64,000 nucleotides of DNA from Planctomycetota bacterium (GTDB taxonomy: Bacteria; Planctomycetota; JAJSAM01; JAKLKS01), in NCBI GenBank assembly GCA_023150535.1, contig JAKLKS010000001.1, forward strand, positions 8,269 to 72,268. The letters are read 5' to 3'. Shown piece after piece: positions 1 to 8,886 of the stretch; position 1 is the stretch's first letter, and the number at the start of each line of letters is the position of its first letter. Below the pieces are notes generated by a model. That model made no database searches and was not told the origin of the DNA. It was given only the letters and a program-made list of their open reading frames with translations. The position numbers were made by a program, and so were the translations under genes.

Positions 1-1280
1 TTCTGCCGGTCGGTCCCGGGTCCGGCGGCGATGGCGGCGAGGTCGTTCTCCTGGCGGAGAGAGGCGGCCGCCTCGGCGGCCTTCCGGGCCCGCGCCTGGT
101 CCTCCAGGACTGCGGCGATGGCGCGCTCGAGGTCGAGCACCTGTTGCGCGTTGGCGAGCCGGAGCCCGAGGCGCACCCGCTCGATCCCCTGGGCGGTCCT
201 CCGCTTGTCCTCGTACTCGGCAATCTCGCGCTGGAGCTTCGCCTCCTTGGACTGGGGGTCGATGCCCTGGTGGAGGAGACGGAGGCTCTCGCGGGCTGCC
301 GCGAGGCGCTCCTTGAAGGGCCTCGCGTCCTCGAGGCGGGCCTGGCGGCGGAGGTGCTCCGACTGCTCCCCAAGAACCCGGGCGAGGGCCTCCTCGAGGT
401 CCTTCCGGAGGCGCACCTGCTCCGCGATGACCCCCGCGTCGGCCCCCTTCTGCTGGAGGGCCTTCGCTGCGGTCTCCTCGGTGAGTCCGATCCCCTGGAG
501 ATCCCCCCGGAGGGTCTTCCCGAGGGCGAGGATGGCCATCTCGGCCCGGCGGGCGTTCTCGGAGAGGCCGGCGAACGCCGTCTCCGTCTCCCGGGACTCG
601 GTGATCTCCCGGAGCGACTCGCGGAACTTCCGCGCCGCGACCTCCTGGGAGAGGGCGGCCTTGTTGTAGGCCGCCGTCCTCTCGAACATTGCCTGCTCGA
701 CGGCCTCGTTAGCACGGAAGAGCGCGATGTGCTCCTCGGAGGTGAAGATCACCGCGTCCTTGAGCGCCTGCTGCGCGCGAGCGCGGGCCCGGAGCGCCTG
801 GTCGAGGTTGGCGTCCGCCGCCGTGAGGGAGGCGAGGTTCGACCCCTGGAGGGTGTCGAACCTCTCCGCGCCGGCAACGCGGGCGGCCTTCAGCCTCTCG
901 GCCGCCCCCTTGGTGGCCTCCTCCTGGGCCTTCTTCACCGACTCCCAGGCCTCGGTGATGCGCGAGATGGCGATGGTGACGGCGGTCGCGGCAGCGACGG
1001 TGGCGGCCCCGAACCCCGCGAGGTTCCCCGCCGCGAGGTCCCCGATGAGGGAGCCGACCTTGGAGACGTGCCCCCCGAGCCACCCGAACTCCCGGGTGAG
1101 AAGGACCGTGGCCTGACGGGCCCTGCCGAGTTCGCGCGTGGAGGCGGACCCGATGTCCACGAGGACGGTCTTGGCGTCCTTCCCGGCCCGGCCGAATAAC
1201 GCGAAGTCGGCCTGCGCATCCTTCACCGCGCGCCGGGCCTTCCCGAGATCCTGGGTGATCTGAGCCGAGTCCGCGGACAT
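1..1280 (-). CDS. Phage tail tape measure protein (N-terminal 426 aa; C-terminus lies beyond window start)
   Basis: Minus-strand frame open from ATG at 1280 to window edge (not in ORF track because no stop in window); translation MSADSAQITQDLGKARRAVKDAQADFALFGRAG... is Ala/Glu/Arg-rich coiled-coil typical of TMP; sits right after the tail chaperone pair. Confidence 0.7.
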   Translation of the reverse strand, partial: MSADSAQITQDLGKARRAVKDAQADFALFGRAGKDAKTVLVDIGSASTRELGRARQATVLLTREFGWLGGHVSKVGSLIGDLAAGNLAGFGAATVAAATAVTIAISRITEAWESVKKAQEEATKGAAERLKAARVAGAERFDTLQGSNLASLTAADANLDQALRARARAQQALKDAVIFTSEEHIALFRANEAVEQAMFERTAAYNKAALSQEVAARKFRESLREITESRETETAFAGLSENARRAEMAILALGKTLRGDLQGIGLTEETAAKALQQKGADAGVIAEQVRLRKDLEEALARVLGEQSEHLRRQARLEDARPFKERLAAARESLRLLHQGIDPQSKEAKLQREIAEYEDKRRTAQGIERVRLGLRLANAQQVLDLERAIAAVLEDQARARKAAEAAASLRQENDLAAIAAGPGTDRQ

Positions 1281-1322
1281 CAGGACCTTGAGAACCCCGA
1301 CGGTCGCGCTGCCTGCCACGGC

Positions 1323-1640
1323 CTACTCCTTCACCGGGAGGTGCGCGAACGCCGCCGCGATCCCCCTCGCGGCGGCCAGCTGCTCCTCGAGGCTCTGTTC
1401 GGGGGGCTCCTCGCCGGAGGCCCGGGCGACCACGGTGGCGAGGTCGGGGAGCTTGCCGACGAGGGCGGCCCCGGCTAGGGCCGCCGTCCACCATGCCGCG
1501 CGGGTCTCCCGGACGGACTGGGCGGTCAGGGTCAGGTGGAGCTCCCGCGGCGTCATGCGCCAGAACGCCTCGGGGGGAACGCCCGCGGCGGCGGCCTCGC
1601 GGAGGTAGTCCTCTACGCACCGCCGGCGGGCTTCGAAGGG
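1323..1640 (-). CDS. Tail assembly chaperone frameshift extension (GTA g10.1/TIGR02216-like, lambda GT analogue); upstream boundary undefined
   Basis: C-terminal part of ORF 1323..1994 reads ...GVPPEAFWRMTPRELHLTLTAQSVRETRAAWW... and overlaps the end of the upstream chaperone in the -1 frame; no convincing own start upstream of internal ATG at 1556. Confidence 0.45.
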   Translation of the reverse strand, partial: PFEARRRCVEDYLREAAAAGVPPEAFWRMTPRELHLTLTAQSVRETRAAWWTAALAGAALVGKLPDLATVVARASGEEPPEQSLEEQLAAARGIAAAFAHLPVKE

Positions 1641-2035
1641 TCCGGAGGCTGGCCCCCGACGGATTCGAGCTCCGGGAAGAAGTAGCGGAGCGCCACGCCC
1701 ATGACCCGCTGGGCCTCGCGCCGGCCCATCCGGTCGATGAGGCGGCCCGCCTCCTTCAGCGTGACCTCGGGGTGGTGCTCCTGCAGGCCCGCCCAGAGCA
1801 TGGCCCGCAGCGACTTCGCCGAGAGCTTCTCGCGGGCGACGTCGAGCAGCGCGTCGGAGAGAGGACGCCCCGCGACCTCCTCGAACTCCGCGGCGACGTT
1901 CCAGGTGTAGTGGAGGCGGTAGGTCCGACCGTCGGCCTCGAAGGAGGCTTCGCCTCGAAGGGGGTTTGCCACGTTGCACCTCCAGTGTTCCCATGCGATC
2001 CGCAGGAGCGCCGCGAGGAGCTCCTCCGCAACCAT
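1613..2035 (-). CDS. Phage tail assembly chaperone (GTA-type TAC, lambda G analogue)
   Basis: ORF 1613..2134; N-terminal 33 aa Arg/Gly junk, plausible start MVAEELL at 2035; motif NPLRGEASFEADGRTYRLHYTWNVAAEFEEV typical of GTA g10 family; positioned between major tail and tape measure. Confidence 0.6.
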   Translation of the reverse strand: MVAEELLAALLRIAWEHWRCNVANPLRGEASFEADGRTYRLHYTWNVAAEFEEVAGRPLSDALLDVAREKLSAKSLRAMLWAGLQEHHPEVTLKEAGRLIDRMGRREAQRVMGVALRYFFPELESVGGQPPDPSKPAGGA

Positions 2036-2138
2036 CGCCACGAGCGGTGTCTGGTCCCCCTCGCTCCGAATCCGTTCACGGGGCGCCGCGGCGCGGCCCC
2101 GGGCACGGCGTCCGCGGACCCTGGAACCCGCCACCGGA

Positions 2139-2588
2139 CTACGCCATCCCCTGGGGCGTGGGCTTCCCCACCACCTGGACCTTCACGGCCACCGTAAGGA
2201 GGTCCTTCGTCGCCGAGGTCGGCTCCCACCCCGAGATCCAGCCGGGGAACGTGAGGGACGGGCTGTTCGGGAACTGGGGCCACATGACCCGCCACGTCCG
2301 GGTCGTCCCGTCCTCGAAGTCCTTGAGGAGCCCCGCGGACGAGCCCTGCGAGGTGTGGTCGGGCCGGAAGTTGAGGACGAGGGAGACCTCGCCGCCCTTC
2401 TTCAGGCCCGGGATCGGCTCCTCGTAGTCGTCGGGAGAGTCGAAGTTCGTCGCGTCCACGGCGTCCCGGGACATGGAGGGGCCGCCCAGGGACTTCACCT
2501 CCGCGACCGGCACGTAGGTGCCCGAGCCGACGGGGTCCTCCTTCTCAAAGGTGGTCTTCTTCCCGATCTTCGCGCCCGTGGCGGCCAT
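2139..2588 (-). CDS. Phage major tail protein (TP901-1/GTA family)
   Basis: Real start MAATGAKIGKK at 2588 with AAGGAGA RBS; DFEDGTTRTWRVMWPQFPNSPSLTFPGWISGWEP matches major tail protein family; N-terminal part of track ORF is spurious. Confidence 0.8.
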   Translation of the reverse strand: MAATGAKIGKKTTFEKEDPVGSGTYVPVAEVKSLGGPSMSRDAVDATNFDSPDDYEEPIPGLKKGGEVSLVLNFRPDHTSQGSSAGLLKDFEDGTTRTWRVMWPQFPNSPSLTFPGWISGWEPTSATKDLLTVAVKVQVVGKPTPQGMA

Positions 2589-2602
2589 GGGGTCTCCTTC
2601 TG

Positions 2603-2947
2603 CTACGCGAGCCGGAATGCCCCGACCGTGAGGTCGGCCTCGGTGTCGTAGGTGGCGACCGCCCGCCCGTTGGAGTCGTTGAACGACGCGGGGTCGAGTG
2701 GCCCGATCCACCGCTCCTCGAGGGCGGGAATCTGGACCGCGAGGTTGGTCTTGGCGGCTCCCTGGGGAATGGCGCCCGCGGGGAGCTGCGAGGCCACGGT
2801 GACGGTGCGGGCGACCGTGGCGTGGGTGTTCTTCACGACCAGGAACTCGCGGCCGGTGTTCGGGAACGCGTCCCCGCCCGCGGCCGCGGCCTGGAACGCG
2901 GGCACCAGTCCCGTCCGCGCGATGGCCTGCACTGCCAGGACCGCCAT
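2603..2947 (-). CDS. Hypothetical phage structural protein (114 aa)
   Basis: Clean ORF immediately upstream of major tail gene, normal amino-acid composition. Confidence 0.5.
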   Translation of the reverse strand: MAVLAVQAIARTGLVPAFQAAAAGGDAFPNTGREFLVVKNTHATVARTVTVASQLPAGAIPQGAAKTNLAVQIPALEERWIGPLDPASFNDSNGRAVATYDTEADLTVGAFRLA

Positions 2948-2989
2948 GTCGAGTCCTCCGGATGAACCGACACCCGGAGTGTGGAGGAG

Positions 2990-3009
2990 CGGGAGGCTCG
3001 ATCAACTCG
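2990..3009 (-). promoter_or_regulatory. Conserved 20-nt intergenic motif copy 1 (CGGGAGGCTCGATCAACTCG)
   Basis: Identical 20-mer also at 20854-20873; related copies at 8863-8886 and 11042-11061; lies ~40 nt upstream of start of gene 2603..2947. Confidence 0.5.
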
Positions 3010-3068
3010 GCGGGACCGTGAGACCGCCGCGCCCGGTCAGGACGCGGCGGCGGCGGCGCCGTGCGAAG

Positions 3069-3293
3069 TCAGGCCAGCGCCACGGGGTGCGAGGGGTCGT
3101 GCCGGTCGAAGGCGACGACCGCCTCGTAGAGGTGGCCGGCAGCGAGACAGCGTGCGCAGAGCGGCACGTCCACGACCTTGCCTTCGAGTTCCAGCCGGAG
3201 CCAGAACCCGCCCCCCACGAAGTCCTCCCGGCACCGCGCGCAACGGTGGCGGTTCCCGTAGGGGTTGAGGCCGAACTTCACCCGGAGGGCCAC
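3069..3293 (-). CDS. Small Cys-rich (zinc-finger-like) phage protein, 74 aa
   Basis: RHRCARC...PLCARC pattern. Confidence 0.45.
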   Translation of the reverse strand: MALRVKFGLNPYGNRHRCARCREDFVGGGFWLRLELEGKVVDVPLCARCLAAGHLYEAVVAFDRHDPSHPVALA

Positions 3294-3297
3294 CGGG

Positions 3298-3621
3298 CTA
3301 CTCCTCGGACCCCGGGTGGACCACGACGGGGCAGCCCCCGTCGTCGAGCTTCACCACCCCGCCCTCCCGGGCCGCGCGTAGGGCCGCGTCGTAGGCCCGG
3401 CGCGCGAAGATCCGGGCCTCGGCGTCCGCCCGGGCCGCGACCGGGTCGGTGTAGATCAGCGCGTTCGTGTGGCGCCCCTCGGGGTCGAACCCGCCCCGGA
3501 CCTGGGCCGCGAGGGTGCGGAGGTCCGTCTCGAAGCACACGTCCTCGATGACGCTGTTGGGCCCCGGGTCGTGGCAGACCCAGAACCTCTCGTGCCCGCC
3601 CCTCCTGTTCTGCGGCATCAC
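3298..3621 (-). CDS. Hypothetical phage protein, 107 aa
   Basis: ORF with ATGA-type overlap with upstream gene. Confidence 0.5.
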   Translation of the reverse strand: MMPQNRRGGHERFWVCHDPGPNSVIEDVCFETDLRTLAAQVRGGFDPEGRHTNALIYTDPVAARADAEARIFARRAYDAALRAAREGGVVKLDDGGCPVVVHPGSEE

Positions 3622-3848
3622 TCCTCCTCTCCGTCCTCGCGGACCTCGAACCCGTGGAAGATGGCCCGGGCGTAGAGGTCCCGGTGCCGCTGGATCCAGC
3701 GGGCCGACTCCTCGTAGCCCATCTCACCCGCGAGCCGGGCGACCGTGGGACGGTCCAGCATGTTCGTGAGCCCGGACTGCCGGACCGCCTCGATCCCCTC
3801 GAAGACCTCGCGGGTCACCCGGACCCGTCCCGACTTCGTCGCATCCAT
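3618..3848 (-). CDS. DUF5049-like small phage protein (76 aa)
   Basis: Start MDATKSG at 3848 with GGAGAGGAGG RBS; TREVFEGIEAVRQSGLTNMLDRPTVARLAGEMGYEESARWIQRHRDLY resembles a conserved phage family; N-terminal part of track ORF spurious. Confidence 0.55.
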   Translation of the reverse strand: MDATKSGRVRVTREVFEGIEAVRQSGLTNMLDRPTVARLAGEMGYEESARWIQRHRDLYARAIFHGFEVREDGEEE

Positions 3849-3889
3849 GTCGTCCTCCTCTCCGCAGTCGTCGTCTACCACCGGCCCGG

Positions 3890-4465
3890 CTACCGCAGCA
3901 CGGCCCGCAGGCGGTTCGACAGCGACCCGCCCTTGTTGCCGACCTTCTCCCGGGGGCCGACGTGCTTCTCGCAGAACGCGTAGGCGGCCTTGTTGATGGA
4001 CTCCTTGAGGGCGGCGAGCGGGATCACCTCGGAGGTGCCGGGCTTGCCCTTCACCGCGACCCGGACGCCCTTTTCGACCCGCTCGACCTCGAAGGAGACC
4101 TTCTCCGACACGTTGGCCCCGCGCCCCCCCTCGAACTCGCAGGGGACCTCGGCCTTCCGGCACGCCTCGCGGTAGGGCGCCACGGCCTTGCGGTAGGCGT
4201 CCTTGGCCCCGGCGACCATCGCCCGGGCCTTCTCGGTCATCTCGTTCGCCTCGGCCTCCGCCACCGCCAGCGCGGTCCTGGCCTCGTCCACCGGCTTCCG
4301 GAGCGCCTCGAGATCCACCGGGGGCGGGGCCTTCGTCTCGGCGGCCTTCGGCGCCTTCACCCGCTTCCCCTTCTTCCCCGTCGCGGCCGGCGCGGCCACC
4401 GTGGTCGTCGCGCCCTCGGCCGGCGCCGCGTCCTTCCTCGTCGCCTTTTTCTTCGCCTTCGCCAT
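3890..4465 (-). CDS. Lys/Ala-rich histone H1-like phage protein (192 aa)
   Basis: Start MAKAKKKATRK at 4465 with GGAGAGGAG RBS; N-terminal 60 aa KAP-rich low complexity then globular domain. Confidence 0.55.
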   Translation of the reverse strand: MAKAKKKATRKDAAPAEGATTTVAAPAATGKKGKRVKAPKAAETKAPPPVDLEALRKPVDEARTALAVAEAEANEMTEKARAMVAGAKDAYRKAVAPYREACRKAEVPCEFEGGRGANVSEKVSFEVERVEKGVRVAVKGKPGTSEVIPLAALKESINKAAYAFCEKHVGPREKVGNKGGSLSNRLRAVLR

Positions 4466-4515
4466 GATCGTCTCTCCTCTCCGGGCCTTCGCCCGGAACG
4501 TCGGAACCAGCGTCC

Positions 4516-4696
4516 TCACGCCTTCACCGCCTCGATGCCCCGGACCTCGGCGAGGTCCCCGTAGAGGGCACGGGCTTGGAGGAGCGCGTCCTTTCCGTCC
4601 GTGGCGTGGAGGTCGGGGACCCTCATCGCGAGGGTCTCGCCGTCCACGGCGACGCGGACGTACACCTCGAACCGTTCGAGCTGCGGGCGGGCCACG
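4516..4696 (-). CDS. Small hypothetical phage protein (60 aa, GTG start)
   Basis: C-terminal part of spurious ORF 4516..5412; GTG at 4696 preceded by GGAGG and overlapping stop of upstream gene. Confidence 0.35.
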
Positions 4697-4697
4697 G

Positions 4698-4925
4698 TCA
4701 GGCCTCCGTCACGCAGAGGTGGCCCGGCCCGTTTCCCTCCGCGTCCTGCCAGGCCTGGAGCACTACGCGCTGTCCCGCGCGCGTGCGGACCTCGACCTCC
4801 GCCACCACCCGCCCGTCGAACATCCGGGCCGGGCGGACCTCGACGAGGGTGGCGCCCGCCAGCCCGGCGTACTCCTGGCGGATGGCGTCCTCCTCGCGCT
4901 TCTCCCACTCCGTGGGTCGCGGCAT
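4698..4925 (-). CDS. Hypothetical phage protein (75 aa)
   Basis: Start MPRPTEWEK at 4925 with GGAGAGGAGG RBS. Confidence 0.5.
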   Translation of the reverse strand: MPRPTEWEKREEDAIRQEYAGLAGATLVEVRPARMFDGRVVAEVEVRTRAGQRVVLQAWQDAEGNGPGHLCVTEA

Positions 4926-5056
4926 CTCTTCCTCCTCTCCGGTCCGTGCGGGCCCCGACCGCCGGGACCTCGTGGACCGCTGGACATGAGGGCGAGGGCC
5001 GCCAGACACATCCACTTCCTTCCGCCGACTGGTCGGGGACCGCCGCTAGGGAGTTG

Positions 5057-5458
5057 CTAGGGGGCCTCCTCCCCCGAGGTCCAGACCTCGAAGTCCTGGG
5101 TCGTGCGATACAGGTCCACCTCGGCGTCGTAGGCCCACCGCTCCGAGACGAGGAAGGCGGCCTGGACCTCGAGGCCCCCCGCCGCCCCGGAGTGCCCCGC
5201 GAGGACCCGCCGCACCGCGAGCCCGAGCGCCGTCGCGTCGGCACGCTTCCTCGCCCAGGAGTCCACGACGACGCTGACCCGCCGAACCCCCGTGGGGCCG
5301 GAGAGGGAGATGTCCTCGTCGGCGGAGACGACATCGAACACCACCGCGGGCGGCGTCGGTGCCTGCGGGAGGACCTCGCTGTAGACGCGGTCCGCGGCCA
5401 GCGCCGCGACACCCGGGTCCTGGGTGAGGACCATCCGGAGGTACGCGCCGAGGGTCAA
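5057..5458 (-). CDS. DUF3168-like phage tail completion/terminator protein
   Basis: TTG start overlapping gp10 stop with GAAGGAGAG RBS; position after gp10 as in GTA g8. Confidence 0.55.
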   Translation of the reverse strand: MTLGAYLRMVLTQDPGVAALAADRVYSEVLPQAPTPPAVVFDVVSADEDISLSGPTGVRRVSVVVDSWARKRADATALGLAVRRVLAGHSGAAGGLEVQAAFLVSERWAYDAEVDLYRTTQDFEVWTSGEEAP

Positions 5459-6009
5459 TCGAGGAGGCTCTCCTTCGCCTTCTTCGAGAGGGTGCCCTTG
5501 TTGGCTTTCCGCGCGAGGTCCTCGGCCTTCTTCGCCAGCGCCCGCCAGAGTTCCTCACCGATGGCCACGGCGGTCCTCTCGGAGTGCATCGCGAACGCCG
5601 GCCCCAGGAACTCGAAGGCGCGCGTGGCGGAGTGCCGTCGCTTGTTCCTCCGAAACTTCCCCCGGTCGTCCCGGTAGACGCGGCCGCGGCGCTTCGTACC
5701 CTTCTCCACGAACAGCCCGTAGAAGTGGTCCGCGTCGGGGCCGAGCTTGACCGCGATCTCGTTCGGGAACTCGGAGTTCGCCTTCACAGCGGAGACGGTG
5801 ATGGAGTCTGCCAGCGGCTTCAGCTCTCCCGCGGGGACGCCCCCTCGTACGCGGGGGTTCGCCTGGCGACGCACCCGCGCCTTCGCCTCCCGGACCATGG
5901 GCTCGGCGGCCTTCTTCAGGGCCCCGAGGACGAGCTCCCTCCTCAGGGACTTCGGCAGTTGGGCGAGGGCCTCGTCGAGTTCCTTGAAGCCCACCACCGC
6001 CACCCTCAT
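5455..6009 (-). CDS. Phage protein, HK97 gp10 family
   Basis: Start MRVAVVGFKELDEALAQLPKS at 6009; family-typical N-terminus; ATGA overlap with adaptor gene. Confidence 0.7.
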   Translation of the reverse strand: MRVAVVGFKELDEALAQLPKSLRRELVLGALKKAAEPMVREAKARVRRQANPRVRGGVPAGELKPLADSITVSAVKANSEFPNEIAVKLGPDADHFYGLFVEKGTKRRGRVYRDDRGKFRRNKRRHSATRAFEFLGPAFAMHSERTAVAIGEELWRALAKKAEDLARKANKGTLSKKAKESLLD

Positions 6010-6348
6010 GGCCGCCTCTCCGTTCGCCCGCGGGCGACGATGAGGAGCGCCTCCTGCCGACCTTCTTCGGCGACGGAGACGACGTCGTAGGGGACGTCGG
6101 CGTAGGTGACCCGGTGGAGGGGGGTGATGTCGTCCCGCCACCGAACGGTGAACCGGAGGTCCCCCGTCGCAACGAACTGCTGCGCGCCGAAGTTCTCCCG
6201 GCCCCCGAGGGGCTCCACCCGGGCCCACACCGTGGCGAGCGGCACCCAGGAGACGACGGTCTGTCCCGATGGGTCGACGACCTCGACCCGGCGCTCGAGG
6301 GTCACCCGGCGGTCGAGCAGCCCCGCGCGGACTACCACCGGAGCACTC
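6006..6348 (-). CDS. Phage head-tail adaptor / head closure protein (SPP1 gp16-like)
   Basis: C-terminal 114 aa of spurious 838-aa ORF: RVTLERRVEVVDPSGQTVVSWVPLATVWARVEPL... typical head-tail joining family; GTG start overlapping connector stop. Confidence 0.55.
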
Positions 6349-6901
6349 GGTAGGGACCGAGGAGCCACTCGGCCGAGTGTGGAATGGGTTGCATGGCCAC
6401 GGGGGCGACCGTCTCGCGGTTCGCGTAGAGGGTGCCGACGATGAGGAGGACGGCCGCCCGGATGGCCTCGGGCACGTCCTCGGGGTCGCCGTAGCCGCAG
6501 GTGTACTCGACCCGGACGGCGTCCTCGGTCGCGAGCTGGAAGGGCCACGCCTTCCCGTAGGCGGGAACGACCTCGCCCGGGACCTCGGCGGCGCGGACCT
6601 GGTAGTCCTCCGCGGGGACAGTCTGGAGGATGCCGTCCAGGTCGAGGTACCGGACCGCCTCCACGGACTGGAGAGGCGGGTACTGGAGGACGATGGCGCC
6701 GCCGGGGAAAGCGTCGAGGGTCAGCCGCCAGCGCTGCGTCAGGAACCGCCGCCGGCAGAAGGCCTCCGCCTGCCCGGTCGCGGCGAGGGCCAGGGACTGG
6801 ACGAGGGCGGCCTCCTCGGGGTTCTCGGCGCGGAGGTGGACCTGGGCGTCCTCGAGGGACACCAGCGGCGCCGCCGGCGCCTCCAGGAGGAGGAGGCCCA
6901 C
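6332..6901 (-). CDS. Phage head-tail connector (gp6-like, DNA packaging)
   Basis: 189-aa ORF, QYPPLQSVEAVRYLD... connector family; GTG start with AGGAG RBS. Confidence 0.7.
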   Translation of the reverse strand: MGLLLLEAPAAPLVSLEDAQVHLRAENPEEAALVQSLALAATGQAEAFCRRRFLTQRWRLTLDAFPGGAIVLQYPPLQSVEAVRYLDLDGILQTVPAEDYQVRAAEVPGEVVPAYGKAWPFQLATEDAVRVEYTCGYGDPEDVPEAIRAAVLLIVGTLYANRETVAPVAMQPIPHSAEWLLGPYRVLRW

Positions 6902-6904
6902 GCG

Positions 6905-7123
6905 CTACTCCTGGGGAGGAGGCGGGGCCTCCTGGCGCGGCGCACGGGGCTTCCGGGGGGCAGGGGGCTGCGAGGCCGGCGGGGCGTCGGGGACCTCCGC
7001 GAGGCACCGGGCCCGGACGAGCCGCCTCACGTCCTCGGCCGGGAGCAGGGGGCAGTCCTGCCCCGGGTCGACGTAGCGCCCGGTCGCCCGGTGGAAGAAC
7101 CGCGAGATGACCTGGAGGGCCAC
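6905..7123 (-). CDS. Hypothetical phage protein (72 aa)
   Basis: ORF between capsid-adjacent gene and connector; Pro-rich C-terminus. Confidence 0.4.
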   Translation of the reverse strand: MALQVISRFFHRATGRYVDPGQDCPLLPAEDVRRLVRARCLAEVPDAPPASQPPAPRKPRAPRQEAPPPPQE

Positions 7124-7132
7124 GGGCGCCCC

Positions 7133-7531
7133 CTACGGTCCGTACCGGCGGTTCCCGCGGGCGAGGTAGGCCGCCCCGAGCTTCGCCGCCTCGTCGATGG
7201 AGAGGGTCACCCCGACGTGGGTGAACCCGTTCTTCCCGTCGAGGTCCTCGGGCACGAACTCCACCTCCACGTCGGGCGGGGACGCGCCCCCCACCCCGGC
7301 CGCGGTCGCTGCCACGCCGAGTTCCTTGGCCCCCGTCCCGGCCGCGTCCTTGGCCTGCCTGGCCTGCACGGTGAGGACCTTCCCCGCGGTGACCGCCCCG
7401 GCCTTCGCGAGGAGCACGATCCGCCCCGCGTGGGTGCAGTCCAAGTACCCGCTCGTCACGGGCGCCGTCCCCACGTCCTGGGGGGGCACGAGCGCGTCGA
7501 ACGCCACCGCCTCGGTGAGCTTCCTGGTCAT
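7133..7531 (-). CDS. Hypothetical phage head protein (132 aa; possible decoration protein)
   Basis: Immediately downstream of major capsid gene; ATG with RBS. Confidence 0.55.
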   Translation of the reverse strand: MTRKLTEAVAFDALVPPQDVGTAPVTSGYLDCTHAGRIVLLAKAGAVTAGKVLTVQARQAKDAAGTGAKELGVAATAAGVGGASPPDVEVEFVPEDLDGKNGFTHVGVTLSIDEAAKLGAAYLARGNRRYGP

Positions 7532-7555
7532 GGGTCTCTCCTCCCTCTCCCCCGA

Positions 7556-8818
7556 CTACGCGGGCACGTCGAGCCCCACGAAGGGGCTGTAGGTCTGCCC
7601 GTCCTCCTGGGCGATGGGCCCGTCGAGCCACGGGGCCCCGTCCACGCTCTTGAAGGCCTTCACGACGGTCTTGTTCTGCTTGAAGAGCACGTGCTCGCTG
7701 GCGGCCACCGTGGTCTGGACCCCGTCCTTGATGAGGTAGTAGCTCGGCACGAGGAGTAGGACGTCGCCGAGCGACCCGAGCGCCGGGCTCCGGTAGTTCC
7801 GGACCACCTGGCGCCCGAGGAGAGTGGGCGGCGCCCCCGACCGCGCGTCCTCCTGCCAGATGAGGTGCCCCGCCGTGTCCTCCATCTGGCGGAGCTTCGG
7901 GATGACGCGGGGGTTCACGATCCAGACGGCCTCGCCGTCCTCGTGGAGCTCCGCCTCCATGTTCACGAGGTCGCCGTAGCCGACGTCGTTCGCGGCGGCG
8001 CGGTTGACCTTCTTCAGCGCCGGGGACGCCAGCGCCCCGAGCGGCCGCCCCACCCCGTTCCCCCGGAGGAACGCCACATCCTCCGCGGCGAGGATCCCCG
8101 CCCGGAGCATCCGCTCGATGAAGGTCGTCGCGGAGCGCCAGTTCCGGAGCAGCTTGTCCGTGACGACAATGTGGGCCGCGACCTCCTTCGGGCTCCAGCG
8201 GGACTCGCGGAGCTTGAGGCTCGTCTCGGGCTTCTCCGCCCCCTCCCGCACCCAGTCCACCTGGACCCCGCCGTAGATACTGGCGCCGGAGCCCTGGTTG
8301 AGGCTCGGGAGCACCAGGTCGGCGTCCGGGGAGTCCCCCGCGGGGACGACCACCGCGCGGGGCCGCATGATGGCATCCTGCGGGGCGACCTCGCGGATCG
8401 TGGGGTCGATGTCGTCGGGGATGGGGAGACCGCCGGACTCCCCGGTCCCCATCTCGAGGAGGGCCTGGACGCGGGGGTCCTCGGGCCGGAAGCGGGCGCA
8501 GTAGACGAGCTCCCCCACGCACTCGAAGCCGGGATTGGCGATGACGGGCTTCTTGCCCTTGGCGCTGGGGGCAGCCGGAGGGGGCGGGTCCCCCTCGGGG
8601 CGCGGCTTCACCGGCATGGGGTCGAGGCGGGCGAGCGCCGTGCGCTCTCCCTCCACGAACTCCGCCCGCTCGATCTGGCGGGCCAGCCCCTCGAGCTGGG
8701 CCCGCATCTCGGCGAAGGCCTTCTGCTCGGCCTCGTCGAGGGGCTCCTTCTCGGCGAGGGGGGCGAGCTTCTCGACGAGTTCCTTCCGGGCGCGCTTGAG
8801 CTCCAGCACCTTGGGCAT
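7556..8818 (-). CDS. Major capsid protein, HK97 family
   Basis: 420 aa with coiled-coil delta domain at N-terminus and HK97 MCP-like core. Confidence 0.9.
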   Translation of the reverse strand: MPKVLELKRARKELVEKLAPLAEKEPLDEAEQKAFAEMRAQLEGLARQIERAEFVEGERTALARLDPMPVKPRPEGDPPPPAAPSAKGKKPVIANPGFECVGELVYCARFRPEDPRVQALLEMGTGESGGLPIPDDIDPTIREVAPQDAIMRPRAVVVPAGDSPDADLVLPSLNQGSGASIYGGVQVDWVREGAEKPETSLKLRESRWSPKEVAAHIVVTDKLLRNWRSATTFIERMLRAGILAAEDVAFLRGNGVGRPLGALASPALKKVNRAAANDVGYGDLVNMEAELHEDGEAVWIVNPRVIPKLRQMEDTAGHLIWQEDARSGAPPTLLGRQVVRNYRSPALGSLGDVLLLVPSYYLIKDGVQTTVAASEHVLFKQNKTVVKAFKSVDGAPWLDGPIAQEDGQTYSPFVGLDVPA

Positions 8819-8862
8819 GGGGTCGGTCTCCGTGGCCTCCTGCGTCAGGACGAGTCTCGGGG

Positions 8863-8886
8863 CGCGGGAGGGCCGATCAAGTCAGG
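8863..8886 (-). promoter_or_regulatory. Conserved intergenic motif copy 2 (CGCGGGAGGGCCGATCAAGTCAGG)
   Basis: Shares GCGGGAGG-N2-CGATCAA core with copies 1,3,4; between protease stop and capsid start. Confidence 0.4.

Noticed and set aside
6006-8522. 838-aa minus-strand ORF and many other 200-1000-aa ORFs in alternative frames (e.g. 144..1199, 4601..5677, 6269..7759, 19068..19994, 24154..26967, 57267..59582)
   Set aside because: Arg/Gly/Pro-rich low-complexity translations that run antisense or out of frame to recognisable genes; typical stop-codon-poor artefacts of >70% GC DNA. Only the C-terminal 114 aa of 6006..8522 (head-tail adaptor) is real.
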